Shown here: positions 1 through 13,540 of the stretch, one piece after another
How positions within the stretch are numbered: position 1 is the first letter of the stretch
Layout: every line of letters begins with the position of its first letter
Origin: the human T2T-CHM13v2.0 reference genome, Homo sapiens
DNA: 64,000 nt
NCBI RefSeq assembly: GCF_009914755.1
Contig: NC_060947.1
Direction: 5' to 3' (one strand)
Made by a program: the position numbers and the translations under genes
Notes under the pieces: generated by a model
The model's database searches: none
The model's input: only the letters and a program-made list of their open reading frames with translations
Told to the model about the DNA's origin: nothing

Positions 1-124
1 ATAGCCTTAAGTTGCTGCATGGTAAGCTGGGAAACGCAGCTTTTATTCTAACTGGCCAGGTACTCAGATCAAAATTAGAGATTCTGATACTATAGCAGCT
101 CAGGAGAGCTACTAGTCTCTGCAC
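1..124 (-). mobile_element. MLT1 (J/K-like) MaLR LTR fragment
   Basis: ctgggaaa..gcagcttttattct...actagtctctgcac resembles the reverse-strand terminus of old MLT1 LTRs. Confidence 0.5.
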
Positions 125-289
125 ATTTATCAAGAACCATCTTAAGAGAGAGACATTCCTAACCATAATTCTAAACTACCTTCCTGCCTCCTCCATAATC
201 TATTATAGCCCTTCCCCTCTCTTGTACACAACTGATAGCTGAGAATCCTAGGGAAAATATGGAAGGACTATCTAAGGAAACATGATTAT

Positions 290-490
290 TTTAAAACTCT
301 TATAGTAGAAAGTCTCCAAAATGTACAAAATTATATTGAATAGTATCATGAGCCTCCATATACCCATAATCCAGCTTCAACAATTATCAATTCATAACCA
401 ATTTTGTTTCACCTATAATTTACTTATTCTCCTTGAGATTATTTTGAAGCAAATACTGTGCATCATATAATTTTATGTAAACATAGTTAT
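290..490 (-). mobile_element. Old L1 (L1MC4/5-like) 3' end fragment
   Basis: tacccataatccagcttcaacaattatcaa...gattattttgaagcaaata; reverse of the same 3' UTR seen at 5960-6200. Confidence 0.7.
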
Positions 491-644
491 TTTAAATCTT
501 TGTTTTTGAAAAACAGCTGACTAATAAACTGGAATAGAGAAAGTTGGAAGATCAGGAAAGGTAGTTATCAAGGGCAAGCCTGGATTATCATTCACCCATA
601 GCAATGGATTCACTTAAGCATATCTTTATGAAGTCCATATTCTT

Positions 645-860
645 CTCATGGCTAGCTCCTGGTCATTCGTTAGGTCTTAGTTAAATGTCACACTATCCTT
701 TTTTTTTGTAGCACATATCACAGTTTATAATTACTTTATTTATTTGTGTGTTTCTTCTAGAAGAATGTAAGCTCCATGAGGACAGGGCCTATCATAATGC
801 TTGGCACATAGTAGGGCATCAATATATAATTATGTAAGGAAGGAAGGAAGGAAAAGAAAC
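645..860 (+). mobile_element. L2 3' end fragment
   Basis: gaatgtaagctccatgaggacaggg...gcttggcacatagtagg followed by a GGAA-type tail. Confidence 0.75.
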
Positions 861-997
861 TAAGAAAGGAAGAATTCAAAGCTCTTTATTAGTTGTAGGA
901 TAGACTGATACTATAGATATTACTATAATGTGAAGCCTGCCTGAAAGGGACTACCAGTTTGGTAAGTAAGACAGCCAGCCAGGCAGGCAACTCTAGC

Positions 998-1265
998 ACT
1001 CATTTATTCATCCATTAAGTGAATAGTTGCTGCACATCTACTATGGGTGAGGCCCTGTGTTAGAAAGGTGGACTGTGATAACTGCTAAAACAGATACATA
1101 GAGTGATGGACAGGAGAATTCCGTCTCAGGGAGGCAGGACTCAGGTAGGGCTTTGAAGAATGAGCAGGAAGGACATCAACAAAGGGAAAAGCATTATTGG
1201 AAGTGAGGATAGAGGGATAGAAAGAACAAAGGCCAAGAGGTTGGAAAAATTAGGACACATTCAAA
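998..1265 (-). mobile_element. L2 fragment
   Basis: catttattcatccatt...catctactatg...ggccctgtgttag; gggctttgaagaatgagcagga. Confidence 0.6.
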
Positions 1266-1583
1266 GTCTTATGACATACAATCATTGGAGTAAAATTGTG
1301 CTATTTATGCCCCTGTTTTAAAAAGATAGATAGTAGAAAGACATAGTGGGGGTTGCTGCTCTGGGGTTACAAATTTTTAAAATGAAAAATTAAGAAATGA
1401 AGAAACTCTAACAATTTTTTACTAAGCATGGTCTCTTTTTCTCCAAAAATTCTCTCATAAACAGCTGCTTCTTTATTTAGATAATGGTTATATTGATAAC
1501 AGCATAATACCCCAGGGGAGAGTCATGGAAAATCAAAACAGCTGGGACCTTCGTTAAGTAGAAGAGCTTCTTCTGTTCCCATG

Positions 1584-2090
1584 TGTGGTGGAGTGAAAAA
1601 TGGCCAACTATTTTGTGCTATTTGTCCTGTCAAAAAACAGGGTCTAATTCCTCTCTCCTTGAATCTAGGCTGGCCTTAGTGACTTACTTGACAAATAGAA
1701 TATGGTAGAACTGACATTTTGGGACTTTTGTGGCTGTGTTATAAGAAGCCTTACAGTTTCCACCTGGTTTTCCTAGAACCAAACTACTCTGCTGTAAAGA
1801 AGCCCCCAAAAGGCATGTGGAAATGCCCACAATGAAAAGCATCAAGACCTCTGGCCAACAGCCCCAGCTGAGCTCCCAGATGGCAGCTACTACTAATTTG
1901 CCAGACTTGTGAATATATCACCTTGAAAGCAGATCCTCCAGTCCCGGTTGGGCTGCCTCAGCTGGCGCAACACGAGCAGTGACAGGCCATCTCTGCCAAG
2001 CCTTGCCCAAATTCCAGAAACATAAAAAACAAATGATCATGTTATTTAAGCCACTAAGTTTTGTGTAGTTTGTGTAGTTTGGTGTGCAAG
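1584..2090 (+). mobile_element. MLT1G/H-like MaLR solo LTR
   Basis: tgtggtgg start; ccttgaatctaggctggccttagtgact; gccccagctgagctccca; tttaagccactaagttttg end. Confidence 0.8.
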
Positions 2091-2345
2091 CAGTTCTGGT
2101 GCAGTGGCTGCTGCTGGCAGGCCACTGTGTGGCTGAATCTGCTTCTTCCACCCTAGCCTCTTTCTGATATGGATTGTAAATCTTTAGAGTTCTTTTTTTA
2201 TATAAATTAAAAAGTAATATAAGTTTCATGTAGTAAAGTTAGGAAATACAGAGAAGGAAAACAAAAAAATTAAAATTACTCATTGTGCTACCTCCCAGAA
2301 ATAACCACCATTAATATCTTGGTGCCTAACATTCCAGATTTATTG

Positions 2346-2440
2346 CCTTCCTTTCTTCCTTCCTCCCTCCCTCCCTCCCTCCCTCTCTCCCTTCCTTCCT
2401 TCCTTCCTCTCTCTCTCTCTCTTTCCTTCTTTCATTTTCT
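2346..2440. repeat. Pyrimidine-rich simple repeat (CCTT/CCCT/CT), expanded Alu tail
   Basis: almost pure C/T tract directly abutting the Alu poly(T). Confidence 0.9.
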
Positions 2441-2729
<289 letters not shown>

Positions 2730-4081
2730 CAGATATCTTTCTATACATGTATTCACACGCATATATTTTTGAATGGTAGCATAAATATCTGCTGCTTTGA
2801 AATCTGGTGTTTTCAATGAACAATGTAGCCACAACATCTCTGACTACAATAAATATAAATCCATAGTTTTGTTTTAATGACTGTCTAGTATTATATCTCA
2901 TGGAGCTAAAAAATTTTAATTATCCTTGTTGCTGGGCATATAGGTTCCTCTCCATTGTTTGCTCTAATAAATGCTGATTCGACAAACATGCATTTGTAGC
3001 TAGATCTTTGTACAAAGTTGTTTTCTTTTAGATCGTTTTAAAAAGTTGATCACTGAGTCAATAAACATGCATCTTTTAAAGCTTTTGGTCTAAAATTTCC
3101 AAGTTATCTAGGGTCTTATTTTGTATGAAGCATACAGGGCTCCTGTTGGAATATGGAACTGAATGAAGGAAAAGATGGAAACCAGAAGCATTTTAGAAGT
3201 GTCAGTATGAAGTGTGTGTCCACATGAATGGATGAAATTTTAATTGAATCTAAATCTTCTGTATCAAATCAGAGAAGTCTATATTGCACCTCCCATGGAT
3301 TCATGTCTGAGCACTTGAATGATGACCCCAAAAGAGTAGAGTGTTATCAAGTCTTGGCTAAAGGAGAGATTATATGCAGCAAGAACAAGCTCTCAGGTTG
3401 AGTGACCAAGGTGCTCTCTAAATTGAAATCATGTTGAGACTAAAATCATGTGTGCCCCATGAGGAGACTATCAACCCTGACCAATGTCCTCTGGGAGAAT
3501 CTGGGATTCAAGACAAGATGTAGATGTGAGTAGCTGGTAAGGCCAAGGCACCAAAGTGAGATAAAAGAGGAGCCTGAGAAGTGAGTTTAAGAAAGACTTT
3601 TCTGGCCAGATACCTTTCATCCCTCCACCTTCAAAGAAGTCTGGGCTATTGGCCATGGCTGCCCTCCCCACATATGGCAACTGAACACAAGGTCTAGGAG
3701 GTATCATGCTGGAAAATGCATACACACATGGTTGCAACCTCTACTCAGTTTCTAAAATCACTATTTTTGGTGATTTAGTCTAAGCCCTGAAGCCCATGAG
3801 CAAGGGGACATTTGCTCTGCCTTTTGATTTGACAACAGGATAACCTGTGCAATAAATTGCTAAGCCTGGAGAACAATGACTGAGTCAAATCCTGTGGTGG
3901 CTAGATTTTCTTCTAGCTGCACTTCTCACTCCATTGCAAATCAAGGGAATGTGAACATTGCAAGGGGAATGGGACCATAGAACTATTAGGTTTTCCTCCA
4001 GCTTTGAGGTTTTATGAGTTGATAGGCATGTCTGCATATGACTTGATCATAAATGGAGAACATCCGGCAAGCTCAGGGCAT

Positions 4082-4126
4082 CTCATGGCAGTCAAGCTCA
4101 TGGCAGTCAAGCTCATGGCAGTCAAG
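4082..4126. repeat. Tandem repeat, 3 perfect copies of 15-bp ctcatggcagtcaag
   Basis: read directly; degenerate partial copy caagctcagggca just upstream. Confidence 0.95.
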
Positions 4127-4924
4127 GAGATTTAGTGTGTGCATGTGGGTGTTTATCCATTGATTGGAGGGGAAAGGCTCCCTCTTGAGGCTGGAAATTA
4201 CTCTTTTCTTAGCAGAAAAGCAAAAAAGAGAAATGAAGGAGTTTGGAGGAAAAGGAACATTTGAGAGTTGGGGGGTGGGGGTTGGTGGGGAGAGCCTTTG
4301 TCCCCGACAAAATGAACTTAGTAATGGGAGGTTTGGAGTTAGTGAGGCAGGCTGACTCACAGCTGGAACAGTAGGTGACCTCTATGTGGCCTCCAGATCC
4401 CACAAAGAGACGGTCTATTGAAGTTTTGAAGTGGGAAAGTCAGGAGGGCAGGCAGCAGAGGCAATAAAGCCAAAGTGGAAAGACTCTTGGCTCATAAGAA
4501 CAGAAATTTGGCAGCATGGGGGTGATGGGGAGCTTGCCAGCTTCATATACCAACTACTGAACAAATGTTGTTAAATATTGCTTGCTGTGAATTAAACTTC
4601 TCAGTATAACTCTTTGCCAAGAATGTTCAATAAGACATGGTGCATGGGCAAAGAATACCACTTGATTAATGTAATAGATATGCTCAGGTATAACACACAC
4701 TAAATAAAATAGAATATTCATGAAATTCTTACTATGGATGCTTCATCATAGTCAAAGACAGCTAAAGGGTATGTGTGTGTGCATGTGTGTGTGTGCATGC
4801 CCATGCATGTGTGGGTGTTGCTTCTCTAGAGGGTTATAGGCATATGTTGGGAGAGCCTATGAACCCAAAGCTGAGGCTACAATTGAGAAAGAGAAGTCAG
4901 GAATGTTTCCCAGTAATTAATGTT

Positions 4925-5120
4925 TACTTGAATCATTAATTCACATAATACTTGTTGTATATTTACAGTGTACCAAGTGCTGCCCTGGGCTCCATATTTT
5001 ATGTAAATGAATAAGACCAGGTTTTTGGCCCCAGAGGAATGCACAGTTAGAGGAATGAGACAATGGCATACAATGTTATAAATACTGATAGAAGTTAGCT
5101 CAAGTATTATGGGGGTTTAA
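4925..5120 (-). mobile_element. L2 3' fragment
   Basis: tcattaattcac...tgtaccaagtgctgccctggg...atgaataagacc. Confidence 0.6.
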
Positions 5121-5230
5121 TCCACTCTAGAGAAAATGGAGTAAAGGAAGAATTCTCTGTGATGGTGGGGTAAATGAAAAGCTTTTAATGAACAGGTGAT
5201 AGAACCCAGTGAGAGGGGGCCTAACTGGGT

Positions 5231-5249
5231 CAGCCACTAGGGGGCATGT
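5231..5249 (+). promoter_or_regulatory. Candidate CTCF binding motif
   Basis: cagCCACTAGGGGGCAtgt matches core CCASYAGRKGGCR at all 13 positions. Confidence 0.6.
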
Positions 5250-5959
5250 GAGTACGGGTCTGCAACTGGGAAAGAGGCTCCTGTTGATGGCTTCTGGTAG
5301 CAGTAGGGAGACTGTTTCCCTTAAATAGGAAACCAGAGAGGAAAGGATAGTTTTTCTGCTCTTGTCTCTCCATTAAAGCAAATGGTTATTTTATAGGCAA
5401 ACTGACAGGTATTTGGTAATTGAGGGGGAAACGGTGAGCTTGTTCCTGAGGTGGTGGATCTCACTAATGTGGGTCCCAGTAGATTTAGGCTAGGTACACA
5501 TGGCTGGAAAGCTTAGCAAGATGGGAGAGATGGCAGCAAGACACATGCCAGGGACCACAGGGAGCCCAGCACAAGAAGACTCCTGCTTCCCTAGTAACCA
5601 GAGGTCATGTACAGAGTCAGGGTGATGAAGGGGATTTTGGCTTCCATGTGCAATCCAATTTCTCTTAAAGTCATCCCATTTTATATCCTGATTTAGCTTT
5701 AATTTTTCCAGGCCTCTCCAGTGTGTGGGAAGTCATGGGACTGAATTAATAGGGATAATCTAAATGTCCTTAGCTGGTGCCTCCATCCACCCAGTGTGGC
5801 ACCCAAGCCCCTAGATTCATCAAGTCTAGACACAGAAGTCCCCAGGGAGACTCACGGATACTCACAAACAGTCCTCTCATGGTTTTCTCATTCAGGTCCT
5901 AAGCTGAGCTTTCCGCTAAACTTGTGTTAACAGTGTTCTGAAGAATAGGAGGATATTTT

Positions 5960-6200
5960 ATTTAATTTTGTGTGTGTGATAATGGCAATGTGATTTTTTT
6001 TAAAAATAAATTCATATCCTGAAATATTTATGGATGAAATTAAATGATGTATAGGATTTGCTTCAAAATAATATGTAAAGTATAGACAAAACGAGATTTT
6101 CCAATTGATAATGATTAAAGCTGCGTGATAGGCACATAGGGGTTCATTATACCATTCTGTCTAATTTTATATATATTGGAAAATTTTGTAATAAAAAAGA
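5960..6200 (+). mobile_element. Old L1 (L1MC4/5-like) 3' end
   Basis: gaaatatttatggatgaaat...gatttgcttcaaaata...ggggttcattatacc...aataaaaaa. Confidence 0.75.
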
Positions 6201-6470
6201 GAGGAGAATATCATATGAGTTGATAAGAATAACATTTATTCATATAGAGCTTGTTGGACCAGGTGAATCAGGATTTCCAATTCCCTGTCTCCAATAGTAG
6301 CCTGAATGCTTTTGTAGAATTTATTGAATGTAAGATGTATACCAAAGCAAGGTGAACACTAATCCTTGAAAGAAAATGAGGGATACATTACATGTATCAG
6401 AAGTTGGGAAGACCAGAAGGATCCTGGAACAAGAACAAACTAAGTTGTCAAGATTTGCTTCAAAAAAGGA

Positions 6471-6473
<3 letters not shown>

Positions 6474-6508
<35 letters not shown>
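6474..6508. repeat. (TG)n microsatellite
   Basis: about 17 perfect TG units. Confidence 0.97.
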
Positions 6509-6510
<2 letters not shown>

Positions 6511-6519
6511 TTTTTTTTC

Positions 6520-6556
6520 ATTAGTTCTGTCCCTCTAGAGAACCCTGACTAATACA
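6520..6556 (+). mobile_element. MLT2 (ERVL) LTR 3' terminal stub
   Basis: attagttctgtccctctagagaaccctgactaataca is the MLT2A/B 3' terminus. Confidence 0.8.
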
Positions 6557-7819
6557 AATGGCTAATTACAAGGGTATTTTATATGTATACTGACAAGAAG
6601 ACACCCAGGGTAAACCTAAAGACTGTTGAATTCACACATTTAGTTCTCACTACTAGAATGTTGATGACCAGGTGCAGTGCCCTAGGCAGCCTTCTTCAAA
6701 TGTGATGGGGCCAATCCTTGCCTTGCTTGCTCTAGCACAAGTGGTAGTACCTCTCCCAGTATCTTTGGTGGAGTGGGGATGCCCCAGGTTCAACATCAAG
6801 AGATTCCCTGAAAGCGGTTTCATGCCCATTGAGAGTTAAGATTGCAGATGTTTACATCATTAGTGTGATTTACTTGTCCAGTTCCCAAAAACAGCTGTGT
6901 GGGAGGTTGGCATGGTGAAGATGTGGTTGGATTCTGAAGCAATGTGTGTGATGAGAAAATACATTTCTAAAAATGCCAAATGGTTAGATAAAACCCTCCT
7001 TGTTTCTTTGGAACTGTGATCAATGTCACTTGATTTTCCTTTCTTCTTCCTCCATTGCTGAGCTGGTTGCTCTCCCATGACATTTGGAACCATTGAAGGG
7101 TAGTTCCCCGCATTTTTAGTGGCTGTTAAACAGGTTTCCACAGTGAGAGGCTGAGGCAAACTGAAATTTATAAAACTACTTGTTATAAATCAAGACCACG
7201 GAAAAAGCGGCAATACCCTAAACTGTCTAACTGTACACACATCTTCCTTCAAGTTCCTTACAATAGCTGTGAAGCAAAATCTATATGACATATCGGGCAA
7301 ATCCCACCTGCATATCAGGGTGCAGTTTTAGCTTCTGCAAAGTAGTTTTGCAGAGGAAATATTCCAGGTCACAACGCATTATTCAAAACAATAGCCAGTA
7401 ATATTTAAAACAGAAGATCATCAAAAGAGGAAGAATTTGGCAGAAGGGCCCCAGTTCTAACATTCTTTCAGTTGACTGACCAATTTCCTGGCTATCCTGC
7501 TCCATAAAACAGGATTGTACAAGGAAGAGAAGTGGTCATGTCACCTCTTGTGATTGCTCAGGAGGCAACAGACAGCTGGTGAGGCAAGCGGGAGGTGGGA
7601 GTACCCACAAGGAGCTGACAGGAAGGAAGTCAGGACACTGAATCCCACTCCTGAGTAAAGAATTCTGAAAAGAGAAAATTATTTCTCTTGGTTTCTTTCA
7701 CTCATTTCAAAGTCTCATAAGCTTGTAAGGAAATTGTCAAAGATGCTCTTATATAGGCTACGATCAATCAGATATAGAGTTAGTTCCTAGGAGTTCTAAT
7801 GCCGACACTGGAGACCCAC

Positions 7820-8070
7820 CTATAATCACCTTCTCTGGGCTCCTTCAGCACTCTGTACTCTTTACAACACTCATTATATGGTGTGGTGATAATTTATTTG
7901 TTTCCATGTCTGTCTGTTCGCCAGCTAGATTGTGCCCTCCAGGGAAGATACCTTATCGAATTAACCTCTGTATCCTCAGCACTTGACATGGTGACAGGCA
8001 TAGAATAATAATTCATTAAATGTTTTTCAACGAATGGATGAATGGATGGATGGATGGATGGATGGATGGA
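7820..8070 (+). mobile_element. L2 3' end with (GGAT)n tail at 8032-8070
   Basis: ctagattgtgccctccaggg...tctgtatcctcagcac...cattaaatgttt then gaatggatg repeats. Confidence 0.8.
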
Positions 8071-8589
8071 ATGAAATATAATGTCATTTTCTCCATTCAG
8101 TAGCTGGAGCTGGGAATGGGTAGATGAATTATTTCTTTTCGGGATCCAAGCTTCTCTAACATGGAAACCTAATAAATGTTTGATTGAACTCAGCTAGCAT
8201 ATGAGCTCTTACTATGTATTAGGACAGTTCTAGAAATAGTGTGGGGGATTCTAAAGAAGTACAAGATGGTTCCTGTCCCCCAAACCACTTTCAAAGTCAT
8301 TGAACATACAAAGTGATAAACCCATGAAATAAGCAACAGAGAAAGTGGTGTTATAACCAAGGACTAGACGGTTGATAATAAGTTCTACAGAAGTTTATAG
8401 AAATGAGAGGAGAATATGGGCCAAAGTAGAACAACCACAACAAGCAGAGATGAGGGGAAGGCACAGAAGCAAATACAAGGTTATGAGCGTTTATGGCATA
8501 TCTGTACAGCAATGCTCCCTTTTCCTGGTTACTGTCCCCTCTCTCCCTATCCACATGATTCTAGCAAAGTCTCTCACCTTACCTAGGAA

Positions 8590-8960
8590 TATAGAATTCT
8601 TCCCCAGGGCATTTGAAACTAGAATTGATAGGTTCAGTGTGGGTCTGTGGGTAGACATAGTAACAAGTAAAACTTAATAGGTGTCACTGGTCAGGAGGTG
8701 TCGCTGGTCATGTTTTCTGCCACACAAAGGATTCCAAAATGCAGTGAAAGAGAATAACGCAGAAGCAAAGGCAGAAGTTGTGGTAAGAGAAAGGACAGGA
8801 GTGGCGGTGGCAAAGAGATGGTGTTTCCCTGGGTTCAGCTGATCTGGAGGTCCAGCTGCATCCCTGTCTTCCCTCAGCTTTTTCCAAGCCCCTTTCAGCA
8901 ATTTCTCTTTTTTTGTTGAAACCACCCCAAGTTGATTTTCTGTTATGAGCACATTCAAAG
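8590..8960 (+). mobile_element. MLT1K/L-like LTR fragment
   Basis: gaggtccagctgcatccctg...aagttgattttctgtta 3' signature. Confidence 0.5.
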
Positions 8961-10253
8961 TACACATTCATAGATGTACCACTCACTGAGGAATAGTATA
9001 TTTTCAGAACGGTTTATAATTAGGTGTGGCGAGAGGCTAAAGTCTGGAAGTGGGTGGTGTGAATATTGAAGCAGTTAAGCAGAGACCTATGGTTAGACTT
9101 GTTCCTAAAGAGACTGCTGGTGGGAATGTGCATGATGAATTCCATGGGGAAAAAGACTGGAAGTAGGGAGACCAGTTGACAGAGGAAGAGCCACCTCATG
9201 AGTCTTCAATTTTGCTTCATCAACTCTTGGAGAATAAAAACTGAGGTTATTTAAAAAAGAAACTTAGGAAACAAATTAACCAAAATAAAATTGATTACTG
9301 TTACTGTGCACACTCCCAAAACACTAGACCTTTCTATGAACATCCTCCTGCTACTCTGTACCTTATCTTGGGTCATTTTAAAAATGTTCTTTGCAATGGC
9401 TCCTCTTAAAGTAGAATTGAGATTGAGCTCCCTCTCTTCCTCCTCTGAATGTTTCCTGTTCTGCCTCCCGTATTCCTTTTCTCTTCTTAGCCTGGCTAAC
9501 CCTGAACTAGGGTTGCTAATTTAAGGTAAAACAAATTTGGGTCTCAAGAAACAGAACTCCCCTCTCAATCATTGGGGTTTGTATGGAAATGTCATTGTAG
9601 ATTTTTATGGCATAAAGCCCAGATCACCTACTATTTAACATCTAGAGTTGAATCACAAATATGGAAAGAGATCCAAGATTACTAATGAGCTGCCTTAGTC
9701 TGCCAAGAAGCTCACTCAATATCAGGAAAAAAAAGTCTATTGCATGGCATCTGTCTGTAATGCTAGCCAAAGAGGTGTACAATGGGCAGTCACAATTGAA
9801 AATGACCTTCATTATGCTGAATTCATTTCTCTAATGTGTCCATTTTTCCTCATCGTGTATCTCGACAGTAATAATAGACATGGAAATAAATTCAAATTGT
9901 GATTCAAATTTCAGAATGTGAGATTCACAGGTGTGGTGGCTTTTCTCAGCTGAATGTGGGGGGTAGATGAGTAAGAAATCTAGGAGGATTTAACAAAGTG
10001 AGGAGCATTGTTCAGAAAATCAGACATGGACACAGCATGGGCAAGACTGTCTGTCTTACTCAAACAAGAATCTTTACATAATGTACCAAAAATTTAAGTA
10101 AGTGATTTGCAGCTCAGGAAGAAAAAGTTAACTCTTAGCATTACAGATAGGCCCCAAAATATCTTTGAGCACCTGTTTCTGCTTTCTAGGTGCCGTACCT
10201 GTGGTGCCACTGGGACCATAGAACCATTTGGCCCTTGTTTGTTTATACTGGCT

Positions 10254-10490
10254 GTGTAGTTAGCAGAAAGAGTGCTGGATTCCAAGTCAGGAGACCTGGA
10301 GTGGATCCCTGGCTCTGCTACCTATTGTCTGTGCCATGACAAGGAGTCACTTAACCCCTGAGCTTTAGTTTCTGCAACTGCAAAAGGGGACTATAATCAC
10401 TGCACATTATACCTTGCAGGTTTGTTAGGATCAAATGACATAATGGATGTGGAAGTGCTTTGTCAGTTGTAAAATACATTATTATTGTCA
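10254..10490 (+). mobile_element. MIR SINE
   Basis: gaaagagtgctgga...agtcaggagacctgg...gtcacttaacc.ctgagctttagtttc...aggatcaaatga. Confidence 0.85.
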
Positions 10491-11289
10491 TCACAGTGAT
10501 TTCTCTCCGTTATTTCAGAGAACACTGAAATACCAGAAAATCAGTGTCAATTTCCACTCTGTGAAAATTTCCACTTACCCATAGCCTGATAATTTTATGC
10601 ATGATGAGTCTCTCCTCCATCTCTCTCAGTGTTGTTCCTGAGAACTCTCAGGCTGGGTTGTAGCAGCTCTCTCTTGCTGCTAAAGTGTGTATGATGTACG
10701 ATTTGATGAAGGGGCCTTGTGGTTGACTGAGAAACGCAGGGTAGGTCAACACAATACCAAATCTGGATGAATTCAGTGCACAAAATCATCAAGCCTCTTG
10801 ATTGGTCTTTCTATACGTACAGCCTCAATCTCGTAGCTTAAAAGATGGCGGCAAGCTCATGACCTTTGCTTAATGCAATGTTTTGCTACTCTCTACCATT
10901 CTGGATATCAAAGGAAGCTACCAAATCAACCTGAGAGAGTAATTTCTTAATGAGATTCTTCAAAACATAGATAAATGGACAGTGCTGTCATTTCCATGAA
11001 AAACAGAAATGATAAAAGGAACTCTATTTCCTTTACCTCATGACTCATCCACTTGCTGGTGGGAGGGTTTTTTTATGTTTTTTGTTTTACTCTTTTGGAG
11101 AATAGCCAAAAGGGTATTATTCTGTTATGCTTAACAGAACAATAACTGTCCTGTGCATTTTTAACAGAGCTTTCACATATATTATCTCATTTGAACTCAT
11201 TTTATTTACAACCACCTCTTTGCTCTGTCCTTTCATCTAGCTTACAGAGAGTATCTTGTCATTGCTGTATCTTCATAATTGCCTCCCAG

Positions 11290-12383
<1,094 letters not shown>

Positions 12384-12389
12384 TAATTT

Positions 12390-12535
12390 GATGCAGGTAT
12401 AATCATCATTCCCATTTTAAAGATATGAAAACAGAGGCATAGAGCCTTGCCAGTAGTAACACAACTAGGACTGAGTTAACACTGAGCTAGGACTGCAACC
12501 TAGTTCTTATGACTATTCTGGCTTCTTTCCATGCT
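12390..12535 (-). mobile_element. MIR fragment
   Basis: atcattcccattttaaagatatgaaaacagaggcatagag. Confidence 0.7.
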
Positions 12536-13540
12536 GCCAGAAGAGGACTACCAGCTTAAAGGAACACACCAGTCACACATTTCCTGTAAGACAGGAAGTC
12601 TTCCAAATGCATTGAATTAAGCCTGCTGTCTGATCCTTGCTGTTGCAGTGACCTGGAGTACTGGAATCCCCCTACTGATTGAAGCAAGCAGCTACCATCC
12701 TAGAAACATAACGACAACAGGTTTTATATGTAAAACACATTAACTAAGAAAGGATATCATTTATCAATTAAATTTTAAACTGGCACTACAACAACCCATT
12801 CAGGTGCAATCTCCTAGCTTTCTTGCAATCTTGGGACCCTCACCTGCTGCTATGCAAACAGATATAGGGTCACTCCCCCAAAGCTGGACATGGATGGCCT
12901 GGGGATTACAGGGTTTGGTTTTATGTGCTGCTACCTTCTTCCCTTCAATGGAGTTGCCAAAATAACCAGATGTTATTAGCCAGATATGTCTGGAAAGAGG
13001 CCAATCAGTGATGTAGAAAATAGAAGAAAGTGTTAGGATTCAAAGTGTTAGATGAAAAATTAAAACTCTTTAGGTGCCTTGAGGCTGATGAAAAACTTTG
13101 CCAAACTGCTAGGACTGTAAGGCTGACTGTTCCTAGAATGGAAACACTGTAGGAGGGGCTCACAAGTCAGGAGGAGCTCACAAGTCCATGGCCAGATGTT
13201 TGCTTCTATTTATATTTTCCTACTTTTGTTTTGGGACAAATTTGGGGTAACTGATATTTTGAGGTTTTGTTGTTAATATTCTGCTGTATTTTATCAGACT
13301 GTAAATAGGGCTGTTTAGAAGATTTGCTGCATTTTGGACTGTGTTTGTCTTACATTCAATTAAAATTTTCCCCTGGAGATCTGGCTCCAATTAGATAATA
13401 GAAGTTATCAAGAAACTGAGTTTTTTTTGATGATCGCTTTTAAACAAACTTTGCTGGAATGTATCTGTTAGCTTTTGCAAGAAACATCTGAAATTTTAAA
13501 TAGAAGTTTTAGAATTCCTTTACTGAAAAATGCTTGTTGA

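Noticed and set aside
4082-4126. CRISPR-like direct repeats
   Set aside because: No spacers, only 15 bp long, and in a primate genome.
4073-4360. ORF with an LDCHE x3 repeat suggesting a metal-binding protein
   Set aside because: Produced by the 15-bp tandem repeat; no splice or coding context.
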